From positions 39,742,001-39,806,000 of the forward strand of contig NC_086100.1 of NCBI RefSeq assembly GCF_963921235.1: a stretch of 64,000 nucleotides of DNA, written 5' to 3'. Made by a program: the position numbers and the translations under genes. This stretch comes from Mobula hypostoma. Taxonomy: Eukaryota. Positions 1 through 14,200 of this stretch are shown here, piece after piece. Positions within the stretch are counted from its first letter, which is position 1. The number at the start of each line of letters is the position of its first letter. The notes under the pieces were generated by a model. It was not told the DNA's origin. It did not search any database and worked only from the letters and a program-made list of their open reading frames with translations.

Positions 1-984
1 CCAGGGAGACCATTAAGTACCCTGCAATCCCACATCTCAGGAGGCGCATTCTATTGCATTAATTACCATCCTGCCTACACCCGTTACACCTCCAATTTCT
101 CACACTTGCGTTCCAGCCTGTGCTCAAAGCCGAATGGCCCATCCCCCAATGGCCCCTCCCTTCATTTTTATTGGCCCCTTGCAAGTGCCCAAGAAATTAC
201 AACTACAGCCTGCCAAATAGTTCTGAAAGGCCCCGAGCTCTTTTCAAAAGCTTGTGTTGCATTACCAACAAACGACTGCTCATGATGATTGCAGCCCACC
301 AAGAATGGCAGGCTAATCTGAACAGTTAATGAACTTCATTTAAGAAGTATTCCATTCCTCCTACCAAAATTGAAACTCAACTCTTATATACCCCATCTGC
401 CATTGTACCCACTCATTTCTCTTTGCGCGTGTCCTTGTAACATTCCTACTCACCTTTTGTATAATCACCTAGATAAGTTATATTATCTAGCAATGAGTGG
501 AACTGTATTGCAAATAAGATCCTGCACCAAAATTAATTAGCTAGATGAAAGTGACTAGTTTATGGTAAATCCACATGGCTCCATCTTATGCCATAACCAG
601 AGAAATTGCATTGTATATGCATTTCCACAATTACAAAGGTTCCCTATATACATCTTACTAGTTACATCCTCAAATTGTAAAGTTTGTTAATGCCTTTTGC
701 CTTCTGTGAAAGGCTAACAAATGATTAGGTATGCTTCAGTAGTCTTTATCACAATGGAATTTCAGCATTTTCCAAACATTACTACTATTCAAATGGCTAT
801 AGTACACTTGCCCACACTCCAAGACAAGTTCAGGAAAGTTAGTGACACAAGAGACAGCAAACAATCTTGGAGGAACTTTGAATCAAGCAGTGTCTGTAGG
901 GGTACAGGAAGTTTCAAGTCAGAACCGTGCAGCAAGATGTAGACAAGATAGCCCACAGAGAAGAGGGTTAATGGCAGGACAGGG

Positions 985-1250
985 GCCAATGGGCAATTGG
1001 AGGACAACTTCAAGTTCCTGGGTGTCAAGATCTCTGAGGATCTAACCTGGTCCCAATATATCAATGTAGTTATAAAGAAGGCAAGACAGTGGCTGCATTA
1101 TATTAGAAGTTTGGAGAGATTTGACATGTCAACAAAGACACTCAAAAACTTCTATAGTTGTACCATGGAGAGCATTCTGACTGGTTGCATTACCCTCTGG
1201 AGGGGCCTCTGCACAGGACCGAAAGAAGCTGCAGAAGGTTATAAATCTAG
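985..1250 (+). mobile_element. Rex1-type LINE RT 3' fragment
   Basis: ORF 997..1281 contains FKFLGV.IS.DLTWS and NFYSCTMESILTGCIT. Confidence 0.8.
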
Positions 1251-1269
1251 CATGCTGGTGGTGATTCTG

Positions 1270-1860
1270 ACTGAAGGGTAAAGGACAACAGGAAGACAGA
1301 CCGTGTAGGAGAAGGTTGGAATCGGGGCAGGTGGATAATGAGAGAGAAAAGTGGGCAGAATGGTGCTGGGTAGGAGGGGAGAGTGAAGTGGGGACAGCCA
1401 AGATGGAGAAGTAGGAACACTAAAAGTACCAGTGCTAAAAATCAGATAAATAAGGTGATAATAGGGAAAGATGAAGGGCAGTTAGCACCAGTTTGCAGCT
1501 GATTTGTCCAATGAACTGAGCCCCCCCGTTGCCTACCATTTCAATTACCCTTCTGGTTTTTGCACTGAACTGTCCGTCTTCTGCCTAGACCACTGCCAGG
1601 TTCGAGCCCAACAAAGCTAGAAGGACAATACCTCATTCTGTCTGAGTGGTCTACAGCCCAATAGCAAGAACATTTAGTTGGCAAGTTTCAGGTAACCCAC
1701 ACCTATCTCCCCACCCCAACTTTCCTCTGGCTCTCTATTTTTGGTCCCTTTCCCACACCCTATCCGCTTTGTTTCATCCATTCATTACCCACACATTTTA
1801 CCCACTCACTCACCCTTCCCCCACTCCAATTGCACCCAATCTTCACTGCCATTATCCAAC
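1270..1860. mobile_element. Old Penelope-like fragment(s), purine-rich and pyrimidine-rich arms in opposite orientation
   Basis: Degenerate similarity to the GIY-YIG 3' region of the other PLE copies in the window. Confidence 0.4.
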
Positions 1861-1919
1861 CACCATCTCAAAATTCCACCTCAATGGCTCAATCCGCTCA
1901 TTCTGTTTAGCAACAGGAT

Positions 1920-2085
1920 GTTAAGCAAAATTAGAACAGTTTCCAATTGAAGACCCCTACATAGGTACATGGAGCTTAGAAAAATAGAGGGCTAAGCAGT
2001 AGGGAAATTCTAGGCAGTTTCTAGAGTAGAGTAGCACAACATTGTGGGCCAAAGGGACTGTAATGTGCTGTAGATTTCTGTGTTC
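1920..2085 (+). mobile_element. CR1 LINE 3' end
   Basis: Typical 3' terminus (gcacaacattgtgggccaaagggactgtaatgtgctg...ttctgtgttcta). Confidence 0.65.
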
Positions 2086-2099
2086 TAAAACAAGCCACT

Positions 2100-2372
2100 G
2101 TATCAATTTAATCATGTGTTTTTTTGGTGTGTGCCTACACGCGTGCGTCTGCGTGTACGTCCATGATGATGTCTTTTTCATGGCTTTTTACAAGGTGCAG
2201 AGCGAGAGAGAGACTGTGTGGCGTGCACAGACATTTTCACAGTATTTTTCCCTTTTTATTTTAATGAGGTCGAGTTGCGATCTCGACACTCAACCCGGCA
2301 TGGATGGAAAGCGTACACGGGAGTGGATCCGACTTGATTCGAACCCGGGACCTCTGCTCCTGGGCCAGCCCT
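2100..2372 (-). mobile_element. tRNA-derived SINE-like repeat
   Basis: Minus-strand Pol III B box GGTTCGAATC at about 2336-2345. Confidence 0.45.
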
Positions 2373-2920
2373 TAATCATGTCAGTTTTGGAGGAAGAAGG
2401 AATTTGATTTTAGCCAACTGCCTCTTGAAACTTCCCCCATGGGGCAAAGTCTTCCTAACAGAAATTCAGTTGTATATGGTCTGTCAATGTTCAAGTTTTA
2501 CATATAAATGCCAAAGCTTGGGGGGCGGGGGGGGAGGAGAGAGAGAATATTTGGTTAGCATTCACACTCCCTCTACTCAAGGTACTTGCATTAAGGGAGT
2601 GCCATAAAATCTTGAGTTTTTTTCCATCCTAATCATTATCACCAGTATTCTCTCCAATATGATCAAGAATTAATGCAGAAGGGACCAGATCTTAGGCTAT
2701 GTCAACACTAGACCGGATAATTTTGAAAATGCCAATTTCGCGTAAAAACAATAGGCATACACACCAAGTGCTTTTAAAAAAAACATCACTGTCCACATTA
2801 GAACGGATATTTGGGCAAACTTCCTCCTACTGGGCATGCACAGGACACACAGAAAACAAGCGAAGGGGAGTTCATGGACAGTATGACCCAGCTGATGACG
2901 AACATTGAAAAACTAATTCT

Positions 2921-3062
2921 CAAGCAACACACATAAAATTGCTGGTGAACGCAGCAGGCCAGGCAGCATCTCTAGGAAGAGGTACAGTCGACGTTTCAGG
3001 CCGAGACCCTTCGACAGGACTAACTGAAGGAAGAGCTAGTAAGAGATTTGAAAGTGGGAGGG
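2921..3062 (-). mobile_element. Penelope-like terminal repeat fragment nested in the MITE
   Basis: Near-identical to 48078-48215; includes a hammerhead motif. Confidence 0.8.
2986..3021 (-). ncRNA. PLE hammerhead motif, core-mutated (CUGUCGA)
   Basis: Reads AGUC-CUGUCGA-A-GGGUCUCGGCCU-GAAACGUC-GACU; stems are intact but A6 is replaced by U. Confidence 0.65.
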
Positions 3063-4828
3063 GCCTTGTAAAGCATCTTGTTAGATGTATAAAACATGTC
3101 TGCATCAGTGTTCTCTTGTATTTCCATACAATGTTACATTAGGTTGTTACACATCTATTGTCAGAGAAGCACTTGCATAAATAGGTAAACCACCTTTATA
3201 CAAGCAAGGACAGAAAACAGGGCAAAGTGAGTATACTTATTTATTCAGTAAGCTAAGGGGCAAAGTATTTGGTGAGCACATTTCTAACTCCTCTGGCTTC
3301 CATCTCATTGCCGTCTGTTCTGAAGTTGTTAGGTTGTGTGGGGGGGGGGGTTCAAGAAAACAATAAAATGCCGTGCTGCCGCCATTTGTTCCGGCACGTC
3401 ATGACAGCGTTTTTAAAAATATCCATTTACCCCACCCACACTGCTCTGCACAAATGGCGTTTTCAAACTTACACACTCTGCAGGGCGTTTTAGAAAACAT
3501 CTGTTTTCAGGGGAGGAAAACGCCGTTTTAGTGTCGACGGAGGGTCAAAACGAAGAGAAAAAGCTTCGGTTACGGATTTATCCAGTCTAGTGTGGACGTA
3601 GCCTAAGAGTTTAAAGATTATTTTGGCTACTGGGTGCAAAACAAATGCCAATGACCTGAATAATGTAAACACTTCAACGGGCAAGGTCAGCAGCATTACT
3701 TCCATTGTCGAATGTTTATACTCAGATGAAAGATTCTGTAACAGCTGCAAATTGGCTGATTATGGGCATTTCCCTACTAAGGGCAAGTTCCTTGTTGGGC
3801 TTGAAATACTTCAGTTGCACAAATAAAAAGCAATCTTTTAGAACATGGAGCAGGCCTTCAGCCCACAATGTCTGAGCAGACTATGTCAATTTAAATTGAC
3901 TATCTGCCTGTCCATGTCGCCCAATGTCCTGGTCATTCACATTAGTCTAAATAACTAAATGTTGCCAACATCTGCTTCCCCCACCTTCCCTAGCAGCTTG
4001 TTCTACCACTTGGAAAAACCATCACGCAAATCTCCTTTAAACTTTTCTTACCACAAAGCCAAGTCCTCTGGTATTTGATATTTGCATCTGGGGAGGGGGG
4101 GGCCTACGGGGGGGGGGGAAGAGACCAAATGACTGCCTACCCCACCGATGCCTTTTTTAAAAAACATACTCATCCAGTCTCCCCATTTTCTGAAGCTGTG
4201 GGAAGAAAAATCTCCAGTTTCATATCCCATATATAATTGATAAATGTACTTTGAATTTTTGAAAATACAGCCTGACCGATGTTTTGCCACTGCAGCACTT
4301 GCCAAATTAGACTCAGCACTCTGAGCAATGAAAGCAAGTACACCCTATTCCTTCTCTAACATCCTGTCTACTTGCACTCCAGGATCCCACTATGTCAACA
4401 CTACCAAGGATGGCATGCTCCTCCTACATCTGACCTCTCAAAGTGCAACTCCTCAAACTTGTCTGGATTTATCGACCCATTTGTCCACGCCTTTCCAAAT
4501 AGTCTATTTAACCTAAAAATTATAGTTTACCCAAGTCCTTCACATTTTAAAACTGCTTTGTACTACTGGCCTGCCACTTTACATTAATACTGTGCCTTTT
4601 AGAAAGGTACCTTCCACAGTCCTCTATCCACCTCCCCCAAGGTGAATTGTCTCAAGTCAGTTACAAATTGAAATTCTTTGATATTAGGAAGGGCTAGGAA
4701 TTGAAGGAATACAGAACAAGCATAGCAAACTTCCGTCACTAATTTTGCTATGTGATTAAATGTGTTAATAGTCGTGCAATGCACTAACTCCCAGCAATTC
4801 CCCCTCCCCCAGACTTGTGGTAAAATGC

Positions 4829-4834
4829 TTTATT
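4829..4834 (-). terminator. Candidate polyadenylation signal (AATAAA) of LAMP3
   Basis: First AATAAA I found on the minus strand downstream of the stop, about 250 nt away in AT-rich 3' UTR-like sequence. Confidence 0.55.
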
Positions 4835-5080
4835 TAAATAGATCAGAAATACAGACAAACTCACATTAGTATCTATATACAATTCAAAATAGTTTCTCCT
4901 TGCCAAGAACACTTGATCACATTTCTGGTCACAATTTGAATCATAAAACCTTTAAAACAATTTCTCTAATATTGAACAGAAGTCAATTGAAGGAACTCAG
5001 TTACAAGTGCTGTAGATTAAGGAAGGCAATTGGTAGAATTTCTCTTCATTCCCAAGACTATTCTTGAAAAATTCAATTTC

Positions 5081-5220
5081 TCATAGAGCTTCATATCCTT
5101 CAGATTTCGCTCTTCTATCAATTGTATACATAGCAACCACAGTTAGGACCAGTCCTGACAAAGCAATTCCCACTAACACTGGAATTACTTTACTCTCGGC
5201 ATCTACTTCGCATTTTTCTT
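5081..5220 (-). CDS. LAMP3: LAMP3 exon 6 (EEKCEVD, TM helix, cytosolic tail RRAKSEGYEAL*)
   Basis: Acceptor tttccttgtag, last LAMP Cys, TM VIPVLVGIALSGLVLTVVAMYTI, C-terminal GYxxL motif, TGA at 5083-5081. Confidence 0.93.
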
Positions 5221-8200
5221 CTACAAGGAAAGTCAAAAATCAACTATCAACAGAGGAATTAAAAAATTAACTCATGCACATTTTGCAGTCAAATACTGCA
5301 ATTACAGTACAATGCAGATTATACTATAATTGTAAAACAGCAGATTCAAAACCTCAACATGCTCCAAGTAACAAAAGGTAGAGGACAGCAAAGTGACAAA
5401 TCAATGTTTATGCAAAGCCAGCTTACTGAATTGAGACTGAGTAATCAAGTTAAGATGAAATGTTCTTAAATTATATTGAAAAATATGAAAAAAGCAAAGC
5501 TCAAGAGTTTCAGACTGTAGCCCTCTGACAGGGTGCCTAAATTGGCAATAATCTTAAACTCTCACGTGCCTTGGTAATTTTGAACAGATTGTCATTAGTT
5601 ATTAGCAATAATTATGGATTTAAGGTAAAAGGAATGGTCCTGTTTGTGTTTTCATTGTTTTACTATTAATAAGAGTCTAACAGATTGAAAGAAATGAAGC
5701 ATTTTTGAAAACCTGTTCAAAATTTAATCTTTTAACAAGACAATTGAAAAATAACACTTCTAAATGTTATTGTAATATTGTAAGTATTTTCCAAATTGAT
5801 GTGCAGTACCAAGCTGGTGTGAGACATTTCCTGTGAAAATATCTCAAATTGTTGTTGTTTTTTTAAAAATATAATCTGCACCTGGGTTGTTAGAAAAATC
5901 ATTTGCTGCTTCATTTGACAGTAAAGAATTGAATCAACTTTACTACTTACATGCTTCATATACACGAGTAAAAATACATAGTATGTACAACAGGATACTC
6001 AGTATAACATAGAAATACAGTTGTATCAGCATGATTTAAGCAGTCTGATGGCCTGGTGGAAGAAGCTATCTTAGATCCTGTTGGTCCTGGCTTTTACGCT
6101 CAGGTACCGTTTCACAGATAAGCATTACACATCTTTTTATTATGGGTGATGTTTAACAAGAGGCAGCACCACATGCTGCATGCCAAAAATGTCTGCATGT
6201 TTCAATTTGGGCACACGTGCCACAGGCTCACCAACCCTGTCCTACAGCCTTACTAACTGTGCCTTTAAGGGTCTGACATACCAAGACAAAAGGGAACCCT
6301 TAAACCCAATGTGTCCACACTGACTTCTACCCAAGTAAAATCAGACCCATTTCTCCTGGAAACTTGTGTTTCCCTGCAGTTTAGTACCTTGAAGTGCATC
6401 AATTCCCTTTTGATTCTTTTGTCACTTCCTCCATGATGGGGTAATTTCCATTAGTCAGTAAACACATCAGGAATGTAGAAGGAAATGAAACATTCAATCA
6501 AAACCCACAAGGTCACATTTGAAAATTTCACTGGCCCTCAGACAGATCAAACCTGGATCCCTGGAGCAGAGGCAGTAGCACCAATTAGCACACTGCCAAG
6601 CACATTTGATTTGCACCTGTCTGCATGCTTTAGCAAACTTACTGCAATCCATTAATAAAGATCTTGCTAAAAAGCAAAATCCTATATGAATCAGATACAC
6701 CACATACTAATTTCCCAGAAACCAACTTGACTGAAAACTCTAGACTGGTTATATTCCAACTTTTGATAGGGTCAACGCAATCAAATTAGCATCTTGACAT
6801 TTAGTAGAATTCCGAGAGCAGGGGTAACTATTGACTACTTTGGATTACAGAAGTTAAAAGTACTTCTACTTAAGGCCAATTTGTGTAAATAATGACCTAC
6901 TGTTAACCTCCATTTTTAAAGATAGTATTGTAACATAGGAAACAACACTCTGATGAAGGGCCAGAGTGCAAAATATCAACCATTTCCATATGCTACCCAA
7001 CCTCCCGAGTTCCTCCAGCATTTTGTGTGTATTTTGGGTTTCCAGCATCTGTAGACTTGTTGTTAACATGTTCTACCTGGACAAGCAATTCTGATATCAA
7101 AATACTTCACTACTTTCCTACACTGAAATATCAGTGAGGTATATCTGAAATACAAGGGGAAGCCTTCCTACACTAAGTCGCAAATCAGAGGGACTTAAGT
7201 ATTTTATTCAGATTCTTATCCAAGTCAAGGGATCATGCTCAAATGGGACCCAAGTATAAAAATGATAAGATACCAGAATTTCTGCAATTCTTTATGCCAG
7301 AGATTAGTCTTTTTCCATAATCCCAAAAATGTCAATCCAGCCCTGCAAGCTCTATCAATGCGTTTCAGGTTTCAGAGAAATTCAAGGCAACACACAAAAT
7401 GCTGGAAGGACTCAGATCAGGAAACAAGATACTGGAAATCCAGTTCTGCAGATTCTGCAATTCAAGGTTTGTTCTTGTATGAACGGCATTTGTTTTTACA
7501 GATAATGCTGGTTTCAAACAGAATTCAGTAATCTGTTTAATTCAACAAATCAATATATTCTATACAAGTATTGAAAAGGTGGCACATCTTCCAGTACTAA
7601 GGAAGGAAAGCATTAATACCATCTTTTCATCAATAAAAAAAATTAAGCTGTCCCTGATTTTCCCCAATGGGGAATTATGTCCGGGGGTGGGGGGAAGAGG
7701 GGTTTAAATTTCTTGGAAAACAAAACTGCAAGGCAGGAAATGTTCAAGTTTCTTACCTTTACCAAACATTCCACCAGAGATGTTGAACGCCTGGACTTGA
7801 GTGTTAACCATTAAAATCTGCAAAGAATCAGTTGAAAAAGGTACAACCCTCTTGCTTTTGCACTTGTAGGAGTGTCCAAGTTCAGCATTAAACAACTTAA
7901 TATTATCTGCAATGCCATGGTAAGTTTTGTCTGTAAAACAAGAACAAAAATAATAGCACAAAATGGCCTAAAACTGGCAACAATAAACTTTATACTTCAT
8001 TGTCGCCAAACAATTGATACTAGAACGGACAGCACAGCGATATTTGATTCTGCGCTTCCCACTCCCTGGATTACAAATATTAAAAATAGTAAAAATAAGT
8101 AAATATTAAAATTTTAAATTACAAATCATAAATAGAAAATAGGAAAATGGAAAGTAAGGTAGTGCAAAAAAAAACGAGAGGCAGGTCTGGATATTTGGAG

Positions 8201-11200
8201 GGTACGACCCAGATCTGGGTCAGGATTCGTTCAGCAGTCTTATCACAGTTGGAAAGAAGCTGTTCCCAAATCTGGCCATACGAGTCTTCAAGCTCCTGAG
8301 CCTTCTCCCGGAGAGAAGAGGGACGAAAAGTGTGTTGGCTGGGTGGGTCGTGCTCTTGATTATCCTGGCAGCACTGCTCCAACAGCGTGCGGTGTAAAGT
8401 GAGTCCAAGGACAGAAGATTGGTTTGTGTGATGTGCTGTGCCGTGTTCATGATCTTCCGCAGCTTCTTTCAGTCTTGGACAGGACAACTTCCATACCAGG
8501 TTGTGATGCACCCTAGCAGAATGCTTTCTACGGTGCATCTATAAAAATTAGTGAGGGTTTTAGGGGACAGGCCAAGTTTCTTCAGTTTTCTCAGGAAGTA
8601 AAGGTGCTGGTGGGCCTTCTTGGCAGTGAACTCTGCTTGGTTGGACCAAGTCAGGTCATTTGTGATATTGACCCCGAGGAACTTAAAGCTTTTGACCTGT
8701 TCCACTTGCGCACCACCGATGTAAATTGGGTCGTGCGGTCCGCTACTCCTTCTGAAGTCAACAACCAATTCCTTCGTCTTGCTGACGTTGAGGGATAGAT
8801 TATTGTCTTCACACCATGCCACCAGGTTCTTAATTTCCTTTCTGTACTCAAACTCATCATTACCCGAGATACGGCCTACAATTGTTGTGTCATCAGCAAA
8901 CTTATATATTGAGTTTGATGGATCCTTGGCTACACAATCATGGGTGTACAGTGAGTACAGCAGGGGGCTGAGTACACAGCCTTGTGGGGCACCGGTGCTC
9001 AGAGTGATTGTAGAGGAGAGCTTGTTCCCTATTTTTACAGCCTGGGTCCTGTCTGTGAGGAAGTTGAAGATCCAGCTGCAGATCTGAGTGCTAAGGCCCA
9101 GGTTCCGGAGCTTAGGAATCAGTTTATTTGGAACGATGGTATTAAAGGCAGAGCTGTAGTCAATGAAAAGGAGCCTTACGTATGCGTCTTTATTCTCCAG
9201 GTGTTCTAAGGAGGAATGTAGGGCCAGAGAGATGGCATCTGCTGTTGACCTGTTGCTCCGGTAGGCGAATTGAAAAGCGTTGAGGTTGACCAGTAGGCTG
9301 TGGTTGATGTGTGCCATAACCAATCTCTTGAAGCACTTCATAGCAATTGATGTCAGAGTCACAGGTTGATAGTCATTCAGGCATGCCACCTTGCTCTTCT
9401 TCGGCACTGGGATTATCGTTGCCTTCTTAAAACACAAGGGGATCTTAGACTGAAGCAAGGAGCAGTTGAAGATGTCAGCAAACACTCCAGCTAGCTCGCT
9501 TGCACAGGCCCGGAGAACCCATCCTGGGACGCCATCTGGGCCCGTCGCCTTCCTTGGATTTATCTTCAGGAAGGCCCTTCTAACATCCTCCTCGGTGACG
9601 ATGAATCTCGGTGCCACCAGGTCCGGTTCATCCGGAGGGAGCTGGACGCTCCTCTTCTGTTTGAATTTTGCGTAGAATACTTTAAGTTCGTCAGGAAGAG
9701 AAGCGCCACAGTTACTGATATTCCCAGCCTTTTCTTTGTGCCCAGTGATCTCATTTAGACCCTGCCATAGTCTACTGGCATCCCTCTGGTTAGCCTGAGC
9801 ATCCAACTTGGCTCAGTATTGCCTCTTGGCCTCCCTAATGGCTTTCCAGAGTTCACACCTGGATTCCGTGTAGCGACTGGTATCCCCGGACCTAAAAGCC
9901 GCAGCTCTAGCCTTTAAAAGGGACTTGACCTCATAATTCATCCAAGGTTCCCGGTTAGGGAATACCCGGATCGTCTTGCAAGACACACAGTCCTCCGTGC
10001 ATTTCCAAATAAAGTCTGTGACAGCTGAGGCATACTCATTGAGGTTAGCTACCGAGTCCTTGAATACTAACCAGTCCACCGATTCAAAGAACCTCATCCG
10101 TTTCCTCCGTCCAACGTGACACTACTTTTGACACAGTGACCTCCCGCTTCAGTTTCTGTTTGTAAGCCGGAAGGAGGAGTACGGCCGATTTTCCAAAGTG
10201 AGGTCATGGGACGGAACGGTAGGCATCCTTGACTGCTGTGTAGCAGTGGTCAAGTATATTCGGGCCTCTAGTGGGGCAGGAGACATGTTGGTACAACTTT
10301 GGCAGCGCCTTTCTGAGGTTGGCCTGGTTAAAGTCCCCGGCTATAATGAGCAAAGCCTCCATATATCTGGTCTCAAGTTCACTGATATTGGCATACAGTA
10401 TGTTCAGAGCCCACTCCGGGCTGCAGGAGCTTGTCAGTGCCACTGTGTCCGAGCACCACGCAGTGTTGGTCAGTAGGCAGACACCACCTCCCCTCATCTT
10501 GCCTGAAGTCGCCGTGTGGTCCATCCGATGGATCGAAAATCCCTCCGGTAGGATGGCACAGTCAGGGGTGGCAGGGGAGAGCCAGGTTTCGGTGAAACAG
10601 AATACACAGCAGTTCTGCATCTCCCTGCAGTAGGTGAGTCTCCCTTTAAGATCATCCACCTTGTTCTCTATGGCTTGCACATTAGCCAGTAGGATGGTGG
10701 GCATAGGGACCCTGAAGCCCCTCAGCTTCAACCTGACCAGCAGCCCAGCTCTTTTCCCACACTTTCTCAGTAAGTAGTGCATCCTTCCAGGTTTCCATCG
10801 ATGCAGTGTGTTGTTGTTGTCAGCTCTTTGCGGTTGGTGGATGCATCCCGCCGGGATCGATTAGCAGGTCACATTGTCTGGTGCTCCGGGTCGGGCCCAG
10901 TGACAGGGGATGCTCTGCTGCCACTTCCAGCCGCCAGGGGCCTGGGCTGTCAATTGGGTTGGGCCCCAATGCCGACACTAATTCCCAGATGGCCGGGCTC
11001 CTGGCTGAAACAAGTCCTTAAGCCAAGTCACGGTTGCGGAAGCTTTCGCTCCAGCCGAGCCTCAGGCTCGATTTCCGAGGTTGGCGGCGGAGGCCTCACT
11101 TCCGGCAGCTGTGGATGGCCACCAATGGGGCTTTACAGTGGTCGCTCCGGGGAAGCGCCTGGGGCACCTTGAGGTCTCTGCCATCACTTCTGTGTGGTCC

Positions 11201-14200
11201 TCTGCTCCAGAGAGGTGCTGGTCAGAATGGGCTGTGTCTCCAAGCGCTCCGGCACGGTAGCAGACCGCGGGTCTCCGGAAACATGGTGGGCCTCGCTGGT
11301 TGGGTCCAGGTGTGGTCCGGAGTTTAAGAAGCAGTTCGGGCGCGGGGGTCTCCAGCTGGGTCAGTAGCTTCGCCAGGGTGTTGTTGATACTGATCTTGCT
11401 AAATTGGAGGTTTAGAAGGGTTTCTTGGGTATAGGATAGCGGAGAGGGCAGATCGCTCAGGAGAGCACGCGCAAAGTCGCCAGTTACCGGCGCCATCTTT
11501 AAATGTAGTTCTTTCAGAAATCTAGAGGTCAAAATTCATCTGTTATGTCTACTAAATGTGCCATGTTTTAACATCAATTCTGCCATTAACTTTAAAAATG
11601 ACCCAAAGTGTATAGTAATTTAACTACTTAATAGAGAATGTCTGCATCTTATACATTCCCTTAAGTCAGGGATTCCCAACCTGGGGAACACGGACCCCTT
11701 GCTTAATGGTAGGGGTTCATGGCATTAAAAAAGTTAGGAACCCCTAACTTATGTTTAAAGAGAATATTAAAGCAAGTCTAAAATCAAGCTTAGGATAGTG
11801 AAGTAGCTGAATTCAGTTGATTAAATTTTTCCAGTTAAACTTAAATGTATTGGATAACAAAAGCACAGACGTGCACATTTTACAAAATAGTTTAGAAAAA
11901 TATACTCTACACTTCTCTGCCTTAGCAAAGGTGCCAACACAATTAATCCCCACCCCCACCAAAAGAGATTCACTCTTCTCCCCTCAGGCAGAAGATACAA
12001 AAGCCTGAAAGTACGTTTTACCAGGTTCAAGGACTGCTTCTACACCATTGTTGTAAGACTATCGAATGGTTCTCTAGTACAATAAAATACACTCAATCTA
12101 CCTCATTATGATCATGCATCTTTTTGCTTATCTGCACTTCCTGTTGCTTTTGCACTTTATTCTGATTATTGTTTTCCCCTGTTCTGCCTGAATGCACTTT
12201 GTAATGATTTGCTCTGAATGCACAGTTTGCAAGATGCACTTTTCACAGCATCTTGTAGTTCAGACTAACTGTGGTTCACATTGCCCCCTTTCAGCTCTAT
12301 TTTTGTGTTCATGCCCATTCTTTCTTGCTGATGATTGGAGGGCTGGGGCTTAGGAGGTATGTTAGTTTGTGTGCGAGGAAGGGGTTGGGGTTTGCAAGTT
12401 TTTATTTCTTTTTCTGGGGGGGATTTGATGTTTTTCAACTACTTCTATGGTTTTCTGTACTCTATGGCTATCTGGAGAAGACAAATTTCAGAGTTGTATT
12501 CTCCATACATTAATAAAATGAACCTTTACATGTTGGCAATAAACTATACTCAAATATAAAATGCTGAAGCAAAATGCTCTACCAAAGCTACAAAATATGA
12601 AATCTGAATGAACTACTATGTTACTATTTTCCAGTGCACTTGGTTCTGACAGGCAGGTGACAGGTTCAGCTGGGATTATTGTTGGATCTACAGCTATTCC
12701 TTCAATAGGTCAATGACTTGGGAGTTGGCGAGCTTAATCCATTTGAAAGTGATTTTTAAAAAAAGGGATGAGCTTATAATCAAACATTTCCTAGCTGGAA
12801 TTCAGTCAACTACCTGCCCTACTTGAACCTTCCAGCCATCCTAACGTCAGGGCAAGTTCAAAGCAGAGGATGAAGGTTCTCAGTGTAACAAAACAGTGCA
12901 ATTTAAATAGAATTAACTTTAAACTACATTATAAACAAAATCTTATTTCAAATATTCAACTTTCACAGTAAATAAAACGGCAAGTTACCCAGGTTATTCG
13001 TTGAATGCAGAGTAACTCTTATTCCACTGATGTAATACTGGTTCCCATCCTGCAAGCAGATGATAGTTATTGGAAGGTTTAAAACAATACAGTTAGCACA
13101 GGTGTCTCTACATACAGGGACAATTAGGCCTATAGAATCAATACCACCAGCCATTGGTCAGTCCAGGTCTGTCTTCAACGTAGAGTTAAGCCTCACCCAA
13201 TTCATTCAGCCATTTGTGTGGCTAAAGCTAATTGCTTGAGTTGAGACATAACATGCAATGGAAAAAGAATATGAATAAGTTGTCTGCAAGATGCCATATT
13301 CAATAAAGAACAATACAGCCCAAGAACAGACCCTTTGACACACAATGTCTGCATCTATCATGCAAAGTTAAACTTAACCACCTACATAATCCATCACTCC
13401 ATTCCCTAAATGTTCTCCTGCCTGTAGTCATACCTTTAATGAATATCATGACTACTTCCACCACTTCTGGAAGCATGTTCTAGGCACTCACTACTAAGGT
13501 GGAAAAACATTCCTTTTCAAGGGGATATGAATTTGGACCCCACCCCCCTCCCCAAGATTCCTCTACATCAATGTTCCAAGTGTCCTGCCTTCTGTTCTAC
13601 ATTAGCCCTCATTTTTGTCTTTTCAAACTGCAACACCTCACCTGCCCAGACCAACTTCCCTCTGTGATTTCTTCACCCATATATGGAGCTGATCTACACC
13701 CCGCAGTATCCTTTGACAACCTTCATTATCCACAACACCAAGGCATCATTAAAAAGCGTATTTCTGATAACTCAGTGTGACAGTTGTGCCAAATTGAGTA
13801 TCTATTTTAAATTAGCGGTCTATAAAATTGAGGGGCATAGAAAAGATATGAGGTCTCCTCCACCCCGCACCCCAAGCAGTAGGAAATGGGCTTAAAGTGA
13901 GAGGGTAGAGATTTAATATGGACTCAAGGGGAAACTTTTTCCACCCAGAATGTGCTCAGAATATGAAATGAGCCATCAGAGGAAGTGGCAGGTCCATTAA
14001 CATTTAAAAAGGCCCTATACAGGTATAGAAATAGGAAAGGTGTATGGGCCAAATGCAGACAAATGGATTTAAATAGTTGAAATCTTGATCTGCCTGCATG
14101 AGCCAAAGGCTTATTTTTTGAGATTTTCTGTAGACCAGGCTACTTCTTCCAATTGGTCCACAAAATGGCACATTCTTCTCTTGTCTTACTTTTGTTGGTG

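Larger units (their letters stand above)
2695..3603. mobile_element. Non-autonomous DNA transposon (MITE, PIF/Harbinger-like) with ~26-bp TIRs, containing a nested PLE fragment
   Basis: TIRs GGCTATGTCAACACTAGACCGGATAA / TTATCCAGTCTAGTGTGGACGTAGCC, flanked by TTA and TAA. Confidence 0.75.

Noticed and set aside
1-5000. LAMP2-style alternative TM/tail exons downstream of LAMP3 exon 6
   Set aside because: I found no second acceptor + TM + GYxxPhi exon; the region is UTR and repeats.
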